This document shows positions 1 to 10,607 of a stretch of DNA of 64,000 nucleotides, one piece after another (position 1 is the first letter of the stretch; each line of letters opens with the position of its first letter). Where the stretch lies: assembly GCF_013122565.1 (NCBI RefSeq), contig NZ_CP053258.1; one strand, given 5' to 3'. The notes beneath the pieces are model-generated. The model was not told the DNA's origin, made no database searches, and was given only the letters and a program-made list of their open reading frames with translations. Both the position numbers and the translations under genes were made by a program. The DNA comes from Escherichia coli (GTDB lineage Bacteria; Pseudomonadota; Gammaproteobacteria; Enterobacterales; Enterobacteriaceae).

Positions 1-473
1 TCAAATGCTGGGACAACGCCAAGTTTTCCGCTGTGATTGATGCCTTACATGCTCGTGGTTATGAAGTCGTTCTGACGTCCGGCCCAGATAAAGACGATCT
101 GGCCTGCGTCAATGAAATTGCGCAGGGATGCCAGACGCCACCAGTAACGGCCCTGGCTGGAAAGGTGACCTTCCCGGAACTTGGTGCGTTAATCGATCAT
201 GCGCAGCTGTTTATTGGCGTTGATTCCGCACCGGCGCATATTGCCGCTGCAGTTAATACGCCGCTGATATCGCTGTTTGGTGCGACAGACCATATTTTCT
301 GGCGTCCCTGGTCAAATAACATGATTCAATTCTGGGCGGGAGATTATCGGGAAATGCCAACGCGCGATCAGCGTGACCGAAATGAGATGTATCTTTCGGT
401 TATTCCGGCGGCAGATGTCATTGCTGCTGTCGATAAATTACTGCCCTCCTCCACGACAGGTACGTCGTTATGA
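1..473 (+). CDS. waaQ: LPS heptosyltransferase III, C-terminal part (5' end upstream of window)
   Basis: ORF in frame to window edge; GT9 heptosyltransferase C-terminal motifs (GVDSAPAHIAAA); stop overlaps next start; position ahead of waaG-waaP. Confidence 0.8.
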   Translation, partial: KCWDNAKFSAVIDALHARGYEVVLTSGPDKDDLACVNEIAQGCQTPPVTALAGKVTFPELGALIDHAQLFIGVDSAPAHIAAAVNTPLISLFGATDHIFWRPWSNNMIQFWAGDYREMPTRDQRDRNEMYLSVIPAADVIAAVDKLLPSSTTGTSL

Positions 474-1594
474 TCGTTGCTTTTTGTTTATATAAATATT
501 TTCCCTTTGGCGGTTTGCAGCGCGATTTTATGCGTATTGCTCAGACAGTCGCCGCCCGAGGTCATCATGTTCGGGTTTATACCCAGTCGTGGGAAGGCGA
601 ATGCCCTGATGTATTTGAACTGATCAAAGTGCCGGTTAAATCGCATACCAATCACGGGCGCAATGCGGAGTATTTTGCCTGGGTGCAAAAACATTTACGC
701 GAACATCCCGTCGATAAAGTCGTTGGATTCAACAAAATGCCGGGGCTGGACGTTTATTATGCCGCTGATGTTTGTTATGCCGAGAAAGTAGCGCAGGAAA
801 AAGGCTTTTTCTATCGCCTGACGTCACGTTATCGCCATTATGCCGCCTTTGAGCGGGCAACCTTCGAACAGGGCAAGCCGACACAGCTGCTGATGCTGAC
901 AGATAAGCAAATCGCCGATTTCCAGAAACATTATCAGACTGAAGCGGAGCGTTTTCATATTCTGCCACCGGGAATTTATCCTGATCGTAAATATAGCCAG
1001 CAGCCAGCTAATAGCCGTGAAATCTTCCGTAAGAAGAATGGAATAACCGAACAACAATATTTATTGTTGCAGGTCGGTTCAGACTTCACGCGTAAAGGTG
1101 TCGATCGTTCCATTGAAGCACTTGCTTCGTTACCGGATTCGCTGCGCCACAACACATTGCTATATGTTGTTGGGCAGGATAAACCGCGAAAATTTGAGGC
1201 GCTGGCAGAAAAACGCGGCGTGCGCAGTAATGTTCACTTCTTCTCGGGGCGCAACGATGTCTCGGAATTAATGGCGGCGGCGGATTTATTACTGCATCCT
1301 GCCTACCAGGAAGCTGCGGGAATTGTGCTGCTGGAAGCGATTACTGCAGGATTACCGGTACTAACAACTGCCGTTTGCGGCTATGCGCATTATATTGTCG
1401 ACGCCAATTGCGGCGAGGCTATTGCTGAGCCATTCCGCCAGGAAACATTGAATGAGATTTTACGCAAAGCGTTAACACAATCTTCATTGCGCCAGGCCTG
1501 GGCGGAAAATGCGCGACATTATGCTGATACACAAGATTTATACAGTCTGCCAGAGAAAGCGGCGGATATCATAACGGGTGGTCTGGATGGTTGA
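470..1594 (+). CDS. waaG: LPS core glucosyltransferase I (GT4)
   Basis: 374 aa ORF, sequence recognised as E. coli WaaG; start overlaps waaQ stop. Confidence 0.9.
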   Translation: MIVAFCLYKYFPFGGLQRDFMRIAQTVAARGHHVRVYTQSWEGECPDVFELIKVPVKSHTNHGRNAEYFAWVQKHLREHPVDKVVGFNKMPGLDVYYAADVCYAEKVAQEKGFFYRLTSRYRHYAAFERATFEQGKPTQLLMLTDKQIADFQKHYQTEAERFHILPPGIYPDRKYSQQPANSREIFRKKNGITEQQYLLLQVGSDFTRKGVDRSIEALASLPDSLRHNTLLYVVGQDKPRKFEALAEKRGVRSNVHFFSGRNDVSELMAAADLLLHPAYQEAAGIVLLEAITAGLPVLTTAVCGYAHYIVDANCGEAIAEPFRQETLNEILRKALTQSSLRQAWAENARHYADTQDLYSLPEKAADIITGGLDG

Positions 1595-2384
1595 ACTTAA
1601 AGAGCCGTTTGCCACGTTATGGCGCGGAAAAGATCCTTTTGAGGAAGTTAAAACTTTGCAGGGTGAGGTATTTCGTGAACTGGAAACTCGCCGTACTCTG
1701 CGCTTTGAAATGGCGGGCAAAAGCTATTTTCTCAAATGGCATCGCGGCACGACCCTGAAAGAGATAATCAAAAATTTACTCTCATTGCGGATGCCAGTAT
1801 TAGGCGCAGACCGCGAATGGAATGCGATTCATCGACTGCGGGATGTCGGCGTTGATACTATGTATGGGGTGGCATTTGGCGAAAAAGGCATGAATCCGCT
1901 GACCAGAACTTCATTTATTATTACCGAAGATCTGACACCAACCATAAGTCTGGAAGATTACTGTGCTGACTGGGCGACCAACCCACCAGATGTTCGCGTA
2001 AAGCGTATGCTTATTAAGCGTGTCGCGACGATGGTGCGCGATATGCATGCTGCGGGCATTAACCACCGTGACTGTTATATCTGTCATTTCCTGTTGCACT
2101 TGCCTTTTTCCGGTAAGGAAGAGGAGTTAAAAATTTCGGTAATTGACCTGCACCGGGCGCAGCTTCGCACGCGCGTTCCACGTCGTTGGCGGGATAAAGA
2201 TTTGATTGGTTTATATTTCTCATCAATGAATATTGGTCTGACGCAGAGAGATATCTGGCGATTTATGAAGGTTTATTTTGGGATGCCTTTACGCGATATT
2301 TATAGACTTGAGATTGATTTACTTAAAAAGGCAAGGATTAAAGCAGGAAAAATAGAAGCAAGAACAATAAGAAAAAACTTGTAA
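1587..2384 (+). CDS. waaP: LPS core heptose(I) kinase
   Basis: ORF 1578-2384; likely start at second ATG ([12 protein letters not shown]...) overlapping waaG stop, giving 265 aa; kinase-like motifs. Confidence 0.88.
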   Translation: MVELKEPFATLWRGKDPFEEVKTLQGEVFRELETRRTLRFEMAGKSYFLKWHRGTTLKEIIKNLLSLRMPVLGADREWNAIHRLRDVGVDTMYGVAFGEKGMNPLTRTSFIITEDLTPTISLEDYCADWATNPPDVRVKRMLIKRVATMVRDMHAAGINHRDCYICHFLLHLPFSGKEEELKISVIDLHRAQLRTRVPRRWRDKDLIGLYFSSMNIGLTQRDIWRFMKVYFGMPLRDIYRLEIDLLKKARIKAGKIEARTIRKNL

Positions 2385-2416
2385 ATAGTATTTTATTACA
2401 AAAAGGGATTCTAAAA

Positions 2417-3397
2417 TTGTTGAAATATAGAAACTTCGTTGCTAAGAAGAAAAATTTATACCAAAACGAAGTGTCGTATGTTAAAAATTTACATATTGCA
2501 CTATGCTTTGACCGTGAATTCATAATGCCAGCGGGTGTTGCATTATATTCAATTATATCCAACAATAGACATATTAACCTTCATTTTCACCTTCTTATAT
2601 CAGGCATAGAAGAAAAGGAGTGTTCAGCTTTTTACGAACTAGAAGGTCCTAATACATCAATATCTGTATATTATATAACTGATAAATTTGACATTAATCC
2701 GGATACATTAGTTCTTGGTATTCCTTTATCAACATGTTTACGTTTTTTAATCCCAGAAGTTATTGATGATAAAATAAATAAGATACTTTATCTTGACTGT
2801 GATGTCATATGTAATGGTCCTTTAGATGAACTGGTTGATTATAATTTAAATGCTGATATTGCATATGTAATTCCAGATTCGCCAGAAATGCAAGAACGTG
2901 TAAAAAAATTAGACTATGGCATTGAGTTTATTAATTATTTTAATGCCGGGGTTATGCTTATTAATACCAGCGAATGGAAAAAAAATAATATAACACAAAA
3001 AGCGTTAGAAAAGATCAACAGTGGAAAAGTATATAGGTATGCAGATCAGGATGTGCTCAATATTTTACTTAATGGACGAGTGCATTACCTTGATAAGAAG
3101 TACAATAATAAGACAACATTGTCAGTACGATGTGATGAAGAACAAAAAAACTTGCCCAACACAATTATAATGCATTATGTTACCCAGAATAAACCATGGT
3201 ACAAAATATTTAGAGCACAAAATTTTGATCATTATTTTTCAAATTCTCCTTGGAAGAACCATAAAAGAAATCTAGCTCCATCATCAAGTGAGATTAGGTT
3301 AAAGTCTAAAGTTTTTTGGCTAGAAGGAAAATATTGTAAAGCCATTTCTTATTATTATAAGTATTTACTTGTTAAATTATTTGGCTTAAAGATTTAG
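2417..3397 (+). CDS. LPS core glycosyltransferase, GT8-like, in the position occupied by waaS in K-12/R2 core loci
   Basis: 326 aa ORF; GT8 motifs shared with the downstream WaaO/WaaJ paralogs (YLDCDV...DXD, NAGVMLIN, DQDVLN, HY..KPW); AT-rich like the rest of the core operon. Confidence 0.6.
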   Translation: MLKYRNFVAKKKNLYQNEVSYVKNLHIALCFDREFIMPAGVALYSIISNNRHINLHFHLLISGIEEKECSAFYELEGPNTSISVYYITDKFDINPDTLVLGIPLSTCLRFLIPEVIDDKINKILYLDCDVICNGPLDELVDYNLNADIAYVIPDSPEMQERVKKLDYGIEFINYFNAGVMLINTSEWKKNNITQKALEKINSGKVYRYADQDVLNILLNGRVHYLDKKYNNKTTLSVRCDEEQKNLPNTIIMHYVTQNKPWYKIFRAQNFDHYFSNSPWKNHKRNLAPSSSEIRLKSKVFWLEGKYCKAISYYYKYLLVKLFGLKI

Positions 3398-3410
3398 CTG
3401 GAATGAAATT

Positions 3411-4490
3411 ATGAAAATAGCCTTTATTGGCGAAGCTGTTTCTGGATTTGGCGGCATGGAAACAGTCATTCGTGATGTTATTACTACCTTCAGGCAACAA
3501 CATATCCAAAGTGAAATTTTTTTCTTTTGTCGTAATGACAAAATGGATAAGGGATGGCTGGAGGGTATTAAGTACTCGTGTTCATTTTCCAATATTCGCT
3601 TAGGTTTTTTGCGTCGCGCGAAACATATTCATGCTTTAAGCAAATGGTTTCAGGATTATCAGCCAGATGTTGTTATTTGTATTGACATGATCTCGTGTTT
3701 GTATGCGGCCAAAGCTCGTAAAAAATCGGGGATTGATGTACCTGTATTTTCATGGCCGCATTTTTCTTTAGATCATAAAAAACATGCCGAATATATCACC
3801 TGTGCAGACTATCATTTAGCCATCAGCTCTGGTATTAAACAGCAAATGATTAGCCGGGGTGTGCCGGAATCGACAATAAACGTTATTTTTAATCCCGTCG
3901 AGGCGAAAAATTCAGTCATTCCTGCACCCGGGGAAGGCGAAACGGCAACATTCATTTATGTTGGGCGCATGAAATTTGAAGGCCAAAAGCGCGTAAAAGA
4001 TCTGCTTGATGGCTTATCACAAGTGCAAGGTGACTGGAAACTTCATGTATTGGGAGATGGCTCCGATTTCGAAAAATGCCAGGCTTATGGTAGAGAATTA
4101 AATATTGATGATCGAATTGTCTGGTATGGTTGGCAACAACATCCCTGGAAATTAGTTCAGCAAGATATTAAAAAAGTGAGTGCATTATTACTCACGTCAT
4201 CTTTTGAAGGTTTCCCAATGACTCTACTTGAAGCCTTGTCGTGGGGGATCCCTTGTATCAGTGCAGATTGCGTCTCCGGGCCTGCTGATATCATTCAGCC
4301 TGATGTTAATGGTCATTTATATCAACCGGGAGATATTGCTGGTTTTGTAACTCTTCTAAATAAATATATAGCAGGTGAAATTCATATCGAACATGAAAAA
4401 ATTCCTGCGTCGATCGATAAGTTTTATCAATTAAAGTATTACGATAGATTACATAATATAATTATTTCTGCTATTTCCCGGAGGAAATAA
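3411..4490 (+). CDS. waaB: LPS core alpha-1,6-galactosyltransferase (GT4)
   Basis: 359 aa ORF, N-terminus MKIAFIGEAVSGFGGMETV recognised as WaaB; GT4 C-terminal EGFP motif. Confidence 0.85.
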   Translation: MKIAFIGEAVSGFGGMETVIRDVITTFRQQHIQSEIFFFCRNDKMDKGWLEGIKYSCSFSNIRLGFLRRAKHIHALSKWFQDYQPDVVICIDMISCLYAAKARKKSGIDVPVFSWPHFSLDHKKHAEYITCADYHLAISSGIKQQMISRGVPESTINVIFNPVEAKNSVIPAPGEGETATFIYVGRMKFEGQKRVKDLLDGLSQVQGDWKLHVLGDGSDFEKCQAYGRELNIDDRIVWYGWQQHPWKLVQQDIKKVSALLLTSSFEGFPMTLLEALSWGIPCISADCVSGPADIIQPDVNGHLYQPGDIAGFVTLLNKYIAGEIHIEHEKIPASIDKFYQLKYYDRLHNIIISAISRRK

Positions 4491-5509
4491 TGCAGCAGGT
4501 ATTATTCCAGGAAACTGAGTTTCTAAATACAGTTATTGATTATAATCATAAAGTAGAAACGGAAAATCCTTGTCTGGACATCGCGTATGGAACTGACAAA
4601 AACTTTCTATTTGGTTGCGGAATTTCGATTGCTTCAATATTAAAGTATAATGAAGGAAGTCGGTTGTGTTTCCACATTTTTACTGATTATTTTGGTGATG
4701 ATGATCGTAAGTATTTTGATGCCCTAGCGTTACAGTATAAAACCAGAATTAAAATATATCTGATTAATGGTGACCGACTACGCTCATTGCCTAGCACAAA
4801 GAACTGGACTCATGCAATATATTTTCGTTTTGTTATTGCAGATTACTTTATTAATAAGGCGGCTAAAGTCCTTTATCTGGATGCAGATATCATTTGTCAG
4901 GGGACTATTGAGCCACTAATTAAATTCTCATTTCCTGACGATAAAGTCGCAATGGTTGTTTCTGAAGGGCAAGCTGACTGGTGGGAAAAACGCGCCCATT
5001 CGTTAGGTGTTGCGGGAATTGCTAAAGGTTACTTTAACTCCGGTTTTTTATTGATTAATACTGCCAAATGGGCGGCTCAGCAGGTTTCTGCACGAGCCAT
5101 TGCAATGCTAAATGAGCCAGAAATAATCAAAAAAATAACACATCCTGATCAGGATGTATTAAATATGTTGCTGGCAGATAAACTTATTTTCGCTGATATT
5201 AAATATAACACCCAGTTTAGCTTAAATTATCAACTAAAAGATAACTTTATAAACCCAATTACCAACGATACTATTTTTATCCATTATATCGGGCCAACCA
5301 AGCCCTGGCATGATTGGGCCTGGGATTATCCTGTATCACAAGTATTTATGGAGGCAAAAAATGTTTCGCCATGGAAGAATACGGCGTTGCTGAAACCGAA
5401 CAATAGCAATCAATTAAGATATAGCGCTAAACATATGCTTAAAAAACATAGATATCTAAAAGGGTTTAGCAACTATCTTTTTTATTTTATTGAAAAGATA
5501 AAGCATTAA
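4490..5509 (+). CDS. waaO: LPS core alpha-1,3-glucosyltransferase (GT8)
   Basis: 339 aa ORF, GT8 motifs, length and position match K-12 WaaO (RfaI). Confidence 0.8.
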   Translation: MQQVLFQETEFLNTVIDYNHKVETENPCLDIAYGTDKNFLFGCGISIASILKYNEGSRLCFHIFTDYFGDDDRKYFDALALQYKTRIKIYLINGDRLRSLPSTKNWTHAIYFRFVIADYFINKAAKVLYLDADIICQGTIEPLIKFSFPDDKVAMVVSEGQADWWEKRAHSLGVAGIAKGYFNSGFLLINTAKWAAQQVSARAIAMLNEPEIIKKITHPDQDVLNMLLADKLIFADIKYNTQFSLNYQLKDNFINPITNDTIFIHYIGPTKPWHDWAWDYPVSQVFMEAKNVSPWKNTALLKPNNSNQLRYSAKHMLKKHRYLKGFSNYLFYFIEKIKH

Positions 5510-5548
5510 AACTGGGAAACTATAAAGTAATGATATAAGGGTAGCATT

Positions 5549-6565
5549 GTGGACTCATTTCCTGCCATAGAGATAGATAAAGTTAAAGCCTGGGATTTTC
5601 GGCTGGCTAATATAAATACTTGTGAATGTTTAAATGTTGCCTATGGTGTCGATGCTAATTATCTTGATGGTGTAGGTGTTTCCATCACATCAATTGTCCT
5701 AAATAATCGACATATTAGTCTTGATTTTTATATTATTGCTGATGTTTATAATGATGCTTTTTTTCAAAAAGTTGCAAAGCTTGCAGAGCAATACCAATTA
5801 AGAATCACGTTATATAGAATTAACACTGATAAGCTCCAGTGCTTGCCTTGTACACAGGTCTGGTCAAGAGCAATGTACTTCCGTTTATTTGCATTTCAAT
5901 TATTGGGTTTAACTCTTGATCGTTTGCTTTATCTTGATGCAGATGTTGTTTGTAAAGGCGATATTAGCCAACTATTGCATCTGGATTTAAACGGAGCGGT
6001 TGCTGCTGTTGTTAAAGATGTTGACCCAATGCAGGAAAAGGCGGCATCTAGGTTGTCTGATCCTGAATTAGTTGGGCAGTACTTTAATTCCGGTGTCGTT
6101 TATTTAGATTTAAAAAAATGGGCTAACGCAAAACTAACCGAAAAAGCGTTGTCTATTCTTATGAGTAAAGATAATTTTTATAAATACCCTGATCAGGATG
6201 TTATGAATGTCTTACTGAAAGGAATGACAATATTTTTGCCTCGTGAGTATAATACAATTTATACAATTAAAAGTGAATTAAAGGACAAAACACATCAAAA
6301 CTATAAAAAGCTGATTACAGAAAATACTCTTCTTATTCATTATACAGGTGCAACTAAACCGTGGCACAAATGGGCAATTTATCCATCGGTAAAATACTAC
6401 AAAATAGCTTTAGACAATTCCCCCTGGAAAGATGACTCTCCACGAGATGCGAAATCAATTATTGAATTCAAAAAAAGATATAAACATCTTTTAGTGCAAC
6501 ATCACTATATCTCAGGAATTATAGCAGGAGTCTGTTATCTTTGCCGAAAATATTACCGTAAATAA
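5549..6565 (+). CDS. waaJ: LPS core alpha-1,2-glucosyltransferase (GT8)
   Basis: 338 aa ORF, GT8 motifs, length and position match K-12 WaaJ (WaaR/RfaJ). Confidence 0.8.
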   Translation: MDSFPAIEIDKVKAWDFRLANINTCECLNVAYGVDANYLDGVGVSITSIVLNNRHISLDFYIIADVYNDAFFQKVAKLAEQYQLRITLYRINTDKLQCLPCTQVWSRAMYFRLFAFQLLGLTLDRLLYLDADVVCKGDISQLLHLDLNGAVAAVVKDVDPMQEKAASRLSDPELVGQYFNSGVVYLDLKKWANAKLTEKALSILMSKDNFYKYPDQDVMNVLLKGMTIFLPREYNTIYTIKSELKDKTHQNYKKLITENTLLIHYTGATKPWHKWAIYPSVKYYKIALDNSPWKDDSPRDAKSIIEFKKRYKHLLVQHHYISGIIAGVCYLCRKYYRK

Positions 6566-6582
6566 CATTTAACTGGTTTATT

Positions 6583-7281
6583 ATGATTCAGAAGAGCAAG
6601 ATCAAAGACTTGGTTGTTTTTACCGATGAAAAGAATTCAAAGTACCTCAATGTATTAAATGACTTCTTGTCTTATAATATAAATATCATCAAGGTTTTTC
6701 GTTCTATTGATGATACAAAAGTTATGCTTATTGATACCGATTACGGTAAATTGATTCTTAAGGTTTTTTCTCCGAAAGTTAAGCGTAACGAACGTTTCTT
6801 TAAGTCTCTGTTAAAAGGTGATTATTACGAACGCCTTTTTGTGCAAACTCAAAAAGTACGAAATGAAGGGTTAAATACACTCAATGATTTTTATTTATTG
6901 GCTGAACGGAAAACCTTACGATTTGTCCATACTTATATCATGATCATCGAGTATATTGATGGCATAGAGTTATGTGATATGCTCGATATTGATGATTCGC
7001 TAAAAAATAAAATTCAACAATCAATTAATGCCTTGCATCAACATGGCATGGTTTCTGGCGACCCTCATCGTGGTAATTTCATTATAAAAAATGGTGAGGT
7101 CCGAATTATTGATCTCTCTGGAAAACGTGCTTCAGCGCAGCGTAAAGCGAAAGATCGTATTGACTTAGAGCGTCATTATGGTATTAAAAATGAGATTAAA
7201 GATGTAGGCTATTATCTTTTAGTATATCGTAAAAAAATGCGCAATTTTATGCGGCGTTTGAAAGGGAAACCAGCGCGCTAA
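6583..7281 (+). CDS. waaY: LPS core heptose(II) kinase
   Basis: 232 aa ORF, kinase-like HRGN motif, position. Confidence 0.8.
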   Translation: MIQKSKIKDLVVFTDEKNSKYLNVLNDFLSYNINIIKVFRSIDDTKVMLIDTDYGKLILKVFSPKVKRNERFFKSLLKGDYYERLFVQTQKVRNEGLNTLNDFYLLAERKTLRFVHTYIMIIEYIDGIELCDMLDIDDSLKNKIQQSINALHQHGMVSGDPHRGNFIIKNGEVRIIDLSGKRASAQRKAKDRIDLERHYGIKNEIKDVGYYLLVYRKKMRNFMRRLKGKPAR

Positions 7282-7349
7282 AAATTCACAAAATTACATG
7301 TATTCACCAGAACAGTTTTAAGCGGAGTTATTTATTTCACAGGTTTATC

Positions 7350-8201
7350 ATGAAGAATATTAGATATATTGACAAAAAAGATGTTGAAAACCTGATTGAA
7401 AATAAAACATCTGATGATGTTATTATTTTTCTTTCTGGCCCTACATCGCAAAAAACACCTTTGTCAGTATTACGTAAAAAGGATATTATTGCTGTCAATG
7501 GTTCTGCGCAATATCTGTTAAGTCATAATATCGTTCCTTTTATATATATAGTTACAGATGTCCGCTTTTTACATCAGCGTCGTGATGATTTTTATAAATT
7601 TAGCCAGAGAAGTCGTTATACCATAGTAAACGTCGACGTTTATGAACACGCTTCCAAAGAAGATAAACTTTATGTCCTCCAGAACTGCCTCGTATTACGG
7701 TCCTTTTATCGCCGAGAAAAAGGCGGTTTGATAAAGAAGATAAAATTTAATATATTAAGTCAGATTCATAAAGAACTGCTGATCTCTGTACCGTTCTCTA
7801 AAAAAGGTCGTCTGGTCGGATTTTGCAAGGACATTAGTCTTGGTTATTGCTCATGCCATACTATTGCCTTTGCTGCAATTCAAATAGCATATACACTTAA
7901 GTATGCGCGGATTATTTGTTCTGGTCTTGATTTAACTGGTAGTTGTTCTCGTTTCTATGACGAAAATAATAATCCCATGCCCTCGGAATTGAGTAAGGAT
8001 TTATTCAAAATCTTGCCATTTTTCCGTTTTATGCGTGATAATGTTGAAGATATTAATATCTATAATTTATCAGATGATACCGCAATTTCTTACGATGTAA
8101 TTCCATTTATTAAATTTCAAGATATCAGTAGAGAAGAATCAAAAGATAAGACAAGAAAAAAAATGCAATATAGAACTTCAACTGATTCTTATGCTAATTA
8201 A
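7350..8201 (+). CDS. waaZ: LPS core biosynthesis protein WaaZ
   Basis: 283 aa ORF, length and position as in K-12 type core locus. Confidence 0.75.
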   Translation: MKNIRYIDKKDVENLIENKTSDDVIIFLSGPTSQKTPLSVLRKKDIIAVNGSAQYLLSHNIVPFIYIVTDVRFLHQRRDDFYKFSQRSRYTIVNVDVYEHASKEDKLYVLQNCLVLRSFYRREKGGLIKKIKFNILSQIHKELLISVPFSKKGRLVGFCKDISLGYCSCHTIAFAAIQIAYTLKYARIICSGLDLTGSCSRFYDENNNPMPSELSKDLFKILPFFRFMRDNVEDINIYNLSDDTAISYDVIPFIKFQDISREESKDKTRKKMQYRTSTDSYAN

Positions 8202-8233
8202 TCATCCTGAAACTAAAGTGATATGGTATAAAA

Positions 8234-9307
8234 ATGCGTTTAGGAACTTTTCACAAAAAGAAAAGATTTTATATAAACAAAATCAAAATTAATTTCCTTT
8301 CTTTTTTATTTCGTAAGAAAATAAATAATCAAATTACAGAACCAGCGCAAGTTAATTCATGTCTTATTATTCATGATAATAATAAGCTCGGTGATCTAAT
8401 TGTATTAAGTTCGATTTATCGTGAACTTTATAGTAGAGGGGTTAAAATAACCATTCTTACAAATAGAAAGGGTGGGGAGTTTCTCTCTAACAATAAAAAT
8501 ATATTTGAGTTCTGTATTAAAGAATCAACTGGTTTTCTTAAAATGCTTACTCTATGTAAGCATCTGCAGGATTTACAGTTCGATATTGTATTAGACCCCT
8601 TTGAAACTATGCCCTCATTTAAGCATAGCTTAATATTATCAAGTTTAAAAGATTCTTACATTCTGGGTTTTGATCATTGGTATAAGCGTTACTATTCATT
8701 TTACCATCCTCACGATGAATGTTTAAAAGAACATATGAGTACACGAGCAATAGAAATACTGAAGCATATTTATGGTGAGGGTAAATTTTCCACCGACTAC
8801 GACTTGCATTTACCAGTAGATGTTGAAGATAAAATAATAGAATTTATTGGAGATACAAGAATAGTCATTATTAATCCATTAGGTGCAAAAAAAATATGCC
8901 GTCTTACGTTTGAGCAAATAAAAGTTATATATCAAGAAGTGAAAACACACTTTGAAAATTATCGGATTATATTTACCGGGTTACCGCAAGATTTATTGAC
9001 AATACCAATACTTGAAATCGAAACACTACCATTTGATGAGTTTATTTATACCGTTGCGTTGACCAAGTATAGTGATTTTGTCATTTCTGTTGATACAGCT
9101 CTTGTTCATATCGCTGCGGCTTATCATAAACCAACGCTTGCATTTTACCCTAATTCACGTACTCCGGAATATCCCTCGCATTTAATTTGGTCCCCGAATC
9201 ATCATAAATCTATACAAATAGTATCCCCAACATATACGGTAAAAGATATCGATACTGAAACTTTAACTAATTCAGTAAAGAGATTAAGTTGTATAGATAA
9301 GAAGTGA
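8234..9307 (+). CDS. waaU: LPS core heptosyltransferase IV-like (GT9)
   Basis: 357 aa ORF with GT9 heptosyltransferase-like C-terminus (VDTALVHIAAA); last gene of operon, convergent with waaL. Confidence 0.75.
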   Translation: MRLGTFHKKKRFYINKIKINFLSFLFRKKINNQITEPAQVNSCLIIHDNNKLGDLIVLSSIYRELYSRGVKITILTNRKGGEFLSNNKNIFEFCIKESTGFLKMLTLCKHLQDLQFDIVLDPFETMPSFKHSLILSSLKDSYILGFDHWYKRYYSFYHPHDECLKEHMSTRAIEILKHIYGEGKFSTDYDLHLPVDVEDKIIEFIGDTRIVIINPLGAKKICRLTFEQIKVIYQEVKTHFENYRIIFTGLPQDLLTIPILEIETLPFDEFIYTVALTKYSDFVISVDTALVHIAAAYHKPTLAFYPNSRTPEYPSHLIWSPNHHKSIQIVSPTYTVKDIDTETLTNSVKRLSCIDKK

Positions 9308-9321
9308 GTTTTAACTCACTT
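9302..9321. terminator. Bidirectional hairpin between convergent waaU and waaL
   Basis: Perfect inverted repeat AAGTGAGTT-TT-AACTCACTT straddling the waaU stop, AT-rich flanks. Confidence 0.5.
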
Positions 9322-9338
9322 CTTAAACTTGTTTATTC

Positions 9339-10598
9339 TTAATTAATTGTATTGTTACGATTATTAATAACGAGTAAGAGCACTATAGCGGATATAATAA
9401 TAATTGGAATGCTGCGTGCCCATATGATCACATCACTGAGTCCAATCCCCACAATGCCAAGCGTTAATATCAACAAACCCAAAGCTCGTTTTTTATATGC
9501 TATATAAAATAGTGAAAAATAGAGGAAAAGTGTGGAAAAAATTCCCATCAGACCTTTCAGTGACCCTGCTTCAATTATCTCATTATGTAGATGTACGTTA
9601 GAAAACTCCAATGCCCCTCTTAGCCTGTTGTGTTCTGCAACTAACAAATTCATACTTTCAGCGCGCGACTCTGCAGATCTAAATGAAAAAGGTGACTTTT
9701 TGAATATATCCAAACCAATTTCGTACATTGCCAGCCTTGCACCTAAGGAAGTCACGCTATTAGCATTTGTATAACTGTTTAAATCATTTAATGCTTCATT
9801 ATAGCGATTCTGTATTGGTTTATTAAATATAATTACAATACTCGCCAATATAGCAATTAGAAGAAAAATAGCGGAAGTAATTTTCTTAGGTGATTTATTA
9901 TAATAAGCTATTAATGTAACAGCACAAATTCCAGGAAACAGGAGTAGTGTTGCTCTGGTTTGTGTTAGTGCCAGAACATAAAGTACCGCGCAACTATTTA
10001 ATAAAAATAAAAAAGGATGGTTTTTCTTAGTATAAAGAATCGCAACACCACTAACTATCCCTATTAGCATTGTTGAATATGCCGCTCCTGTTGCCGTTCC
10101 TACACCAAAAGAAATACGATCATATTCATGAATACTATTAATATACATTGCATATCCAGCAATTATAAATGACAGAGAATATAAAATGTATAATATACTC
10201 TCTTTTTTATTTTTTAGCTGGCTAGTTAGTGCTAAAAAAACAATAAAAGAACCAAATATAAATATTTTGGCAGTATTTAAATAACTATGGTAAGTAGCAC
10301 GATATGGCGAGTTATCTACTTTAAATACAGAATACCAAATTAAATCAAGAAACCCTATAAAAAATATAGAAAGGGGCAGAATAATATTTTTTATATTGTA
10401 ATTTATTTGTCTGCCACGTAAAATTAGTGCTAATAAGCAAGTTATAGCAGTGATGTTATACATCTTTATGCTGAAATTGTTATCGACGAATGCAATTATT
10501 AATGAAAAAAAACATAATATATAAGTTATTATCTCTAAAATCATAGATGATTGCAGAGTGTAAGGTTTCCATGAATGAAGTTTAATGAAGGTTGGCAT
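9339..10598 (-). CDS. waaL: O-antigen ligase
   Basis: 419 aa polytopic membrane protein, recognised as K-12-like WaaL. Confidence 0.85.
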   Translation of the reverse strand: MPTFIKLHSWKPYTLQSSMILEIITYILCFFSLIIAFVDNNFSIKMYNITAITCLLALILRGRQINYNIKNIILPLSIFFIGFLDLIWYSVFKVDNSPYRATYHSYLNTAKIFIFGSFIVFLALTSQLKNKKESILYILYSLSFIIAGYAMYINSIHEYDRISFGVGTATGAAYSTMLIGIVSGVAILYTKKNHPFLFLLNSCAVLYVLALTQTRATLLLFPGICAVTLIAYYNKSPKKITSAIFLLIAILASIVIIFNKPIQNRYNEALNDLNSYTNANSVTSLGARLAMYEIGLDIFKKSPFSFRSAESRAESMNLLVAEHNRLRGALEFSNVHLHNEIIEAGSLKGLMGIFSTLFLYFSLFYIAYKKRALGLLILTLGIVGIGLSDVIIWARSIPIIIISAIVLLLVINNRNNTIN

Positions 10599-10607
10599 GT
10601 TTTACCT

